From a virus (Duplodnaviria; Caudoviricetes): a stretch of 33,745 nucleotides of DNA. A program made the position numbers and the translations under genes. Shown piece after piece: positions 33,501 to 33,745 of this stretch (position 1 is the stretch's first letter; every line of letters begins with the position of its first letter). The notes below the pieces were generated by a model, which searched no databases, was not told the DNA's origin, and was given only the letters and a program-made list of their open reading frames with translations. The DNA is taken from positions 1 to 33,745 of IMG/VR virus record IMGVR_UViG_3300037308_000012; one strand, 5' to 3'.

Positions 33501-33745
33501 ATGACGTCGCCTGCTTGGAATTCTTGGAAGTTATCTGCGACAAAGCCATTCTTGAATCTATCAAGACCGTTTTGGTCCTTAATGCTCATATCTTTCGCGT
33601 TCTTCTCCAACAAGTTTAGAGCAGTGTAGTATTCAACATGTTTAACTCTCTCATCGATCTTACCAATATCGCGCATGGTATAACGCTTGTTTTCGATATA
33701 CTTCACCTTGATGTCGGCAGGTGAGTAGGTGTACGACGGGAAGTA
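30560..33745 (-). CDS. VrlC-like (DUF4815-type) large baseplate/structural protein, 5' end outside the window
   Basis: Motifs NKRYTMRDIGK...RV..VEYYT.L.LLE, GLDRFKNGF..DNF, ELRP, QPYAT....INPY, DPVAQ.F, FITGLDVYF, QNG.TW...Q.ED.K and YVTK.I.L.NPA. The frame stays open to the window edge. Confidence 0.88.
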   Translation of the reverse strand, partial: YFPSYTYSPADIKVKYIENKRYTMRDIGKIDERVKHVEYYTALNLLEKNAKDMSIKDQNGLDRFKNGFVADNFQEFQAGDVINSDFRAALDTKQRELRPMFTPRNKKLQTVLTNCDAKFIGKMAIIDYDSVQIDEQPYATKHISINPYFQFKRSGQIVLMPNTDVWTDTTRVPDLVVNVDTGVDAFTQLANAAKVLGTKWGSWVDLNRTVVQDVSTRQTTSNVPATVTTTTSTITTQQQRTGTLTTVGSRTDSYDMGDRVTDVSLNPWMRPIDITFFATKLAGNTKLWAFFDKKPVTEYVRSLKGRPGEQLITDAKGQLAGVFSVPEGIFHTGDRIFKITTDKDLTGDPDAEWASAEAMFFSGGLDVTKQKTTMNVITPTLEVQNLVDNQTVTSTSTMTIGQCANPACFVWSAGSQTCIAGCSCNPAGRRCRDPVAQGFKIDYDCFITGLDVYFQTADVEVPEELFFQIRTMLNGYPTSVVLGEKKHSTTEIAEFVSEDSKTPFHIEFSMPIFVQGGVSYCFVVGGFSPLTRIWVAHLGQTIVDQPEKILETQPSIQSSFRSQNGETWNAEQFEDIKYKLYGAKFKKKTLDLQFEHIPERIALGRDPFEGEEGSSRLRVYAMDHGLLAGDKVTISLLENNWIEINIPEGSGQMQIGLNLRTANNSLTAIVSDYKIDQDHTYIKLKNIKGGYTVGQHWICEQMDWQMHDNYLISQMGYQSDLVQGNGVVRFNQVSGTFVSGPPAAVNGFTFEQLCKQHIVVETDSMDTFIIQIPGTTATVSGRFGGESGYIQINEKYEVFNVAGSYLPYGSIENWQYTGIGHNPINGPFQSQDYQTMESKEFKVGNDMFLEQPHKLVSADNLGSGGRMVIVDASFTSPSEYISPVINTDTFSITTISNRVEWVTSDQLAVEPNASGRYKSESDPMNGSENYKYVTKSINLKNPASDLVIAFDVYKDINADFDLWIKIVAPYEGVDIDTKRWMKVDGLEKTHHSVDLTDRVEYELTMSNMQVAVYTTDTMFTLEDWEDVVGDGFSSFKIKIVGKAKNPATPPLFQSFRAIAVT

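Noticed and set aside
745-33629. Numerous short overlapping or antisense ORFs in the ORF track
   Set aside because: They are shadows of long, well-supported minus-strand genes and have no recognisable motifs.
156-33745. TAG stop-codon reassignment, since no intact gene ends in TAG and two TAGs fall at Trp positions in 13037-13057
   Set aside because: About 30 kb of long ORFs contain no in-frame TAG. The two TAGs sit in a relic that also has a frameshift and a TGA. TAG avoidance is ordinary in T4-like phages.
1-33745. tRNA, rRNA, defence or anti-defence genes
   Set aside because: None recognised, and the non-coding gaps are short and otherwise explained.

Overview
This window is the virion structural region of a T4-like myovirus with an Ackermannviridae/cyanophage-like gene order, and all supported genes lie on the minus strand. 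In transcription order (right to left) it holds: a VrlC-like baseplate protein cut by the window edge, a small coiled-coil protein, a fibritin-like repeat protein, a small membrane protein, neck gp13, a ~15 kb tail-fibre/adhesin cassette sitting where gp14/gp15 would normally be, a decayed homing endonuclease, gp16, a fractured terminase gp17, an enlarged sheath gp18, gp19, gp20, a probable gp67-gp68 fusion, gp21, gp22, gp23, an intrinsic terminator, and then sigma70-type promoters and a 15-bp tandem array. Three things stand out. (1) The essential terminase is in two ORFs joined by an atypically split intein ending in His-Gln, whose short N-fragment still carries an in-frame HNH nuclease. (2) Three adjacent LamG ORFs appear to be one ~4,550-codon gene broken by two +1 frameshifts, with domains nested inside each other at the same loop. 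(3) A perfect TTGACA-N17-TATAAT promoter fires directly into a CAGGA-containing tandem repeat. Family assignments come from motif recognition and synteny; no database searches were run.
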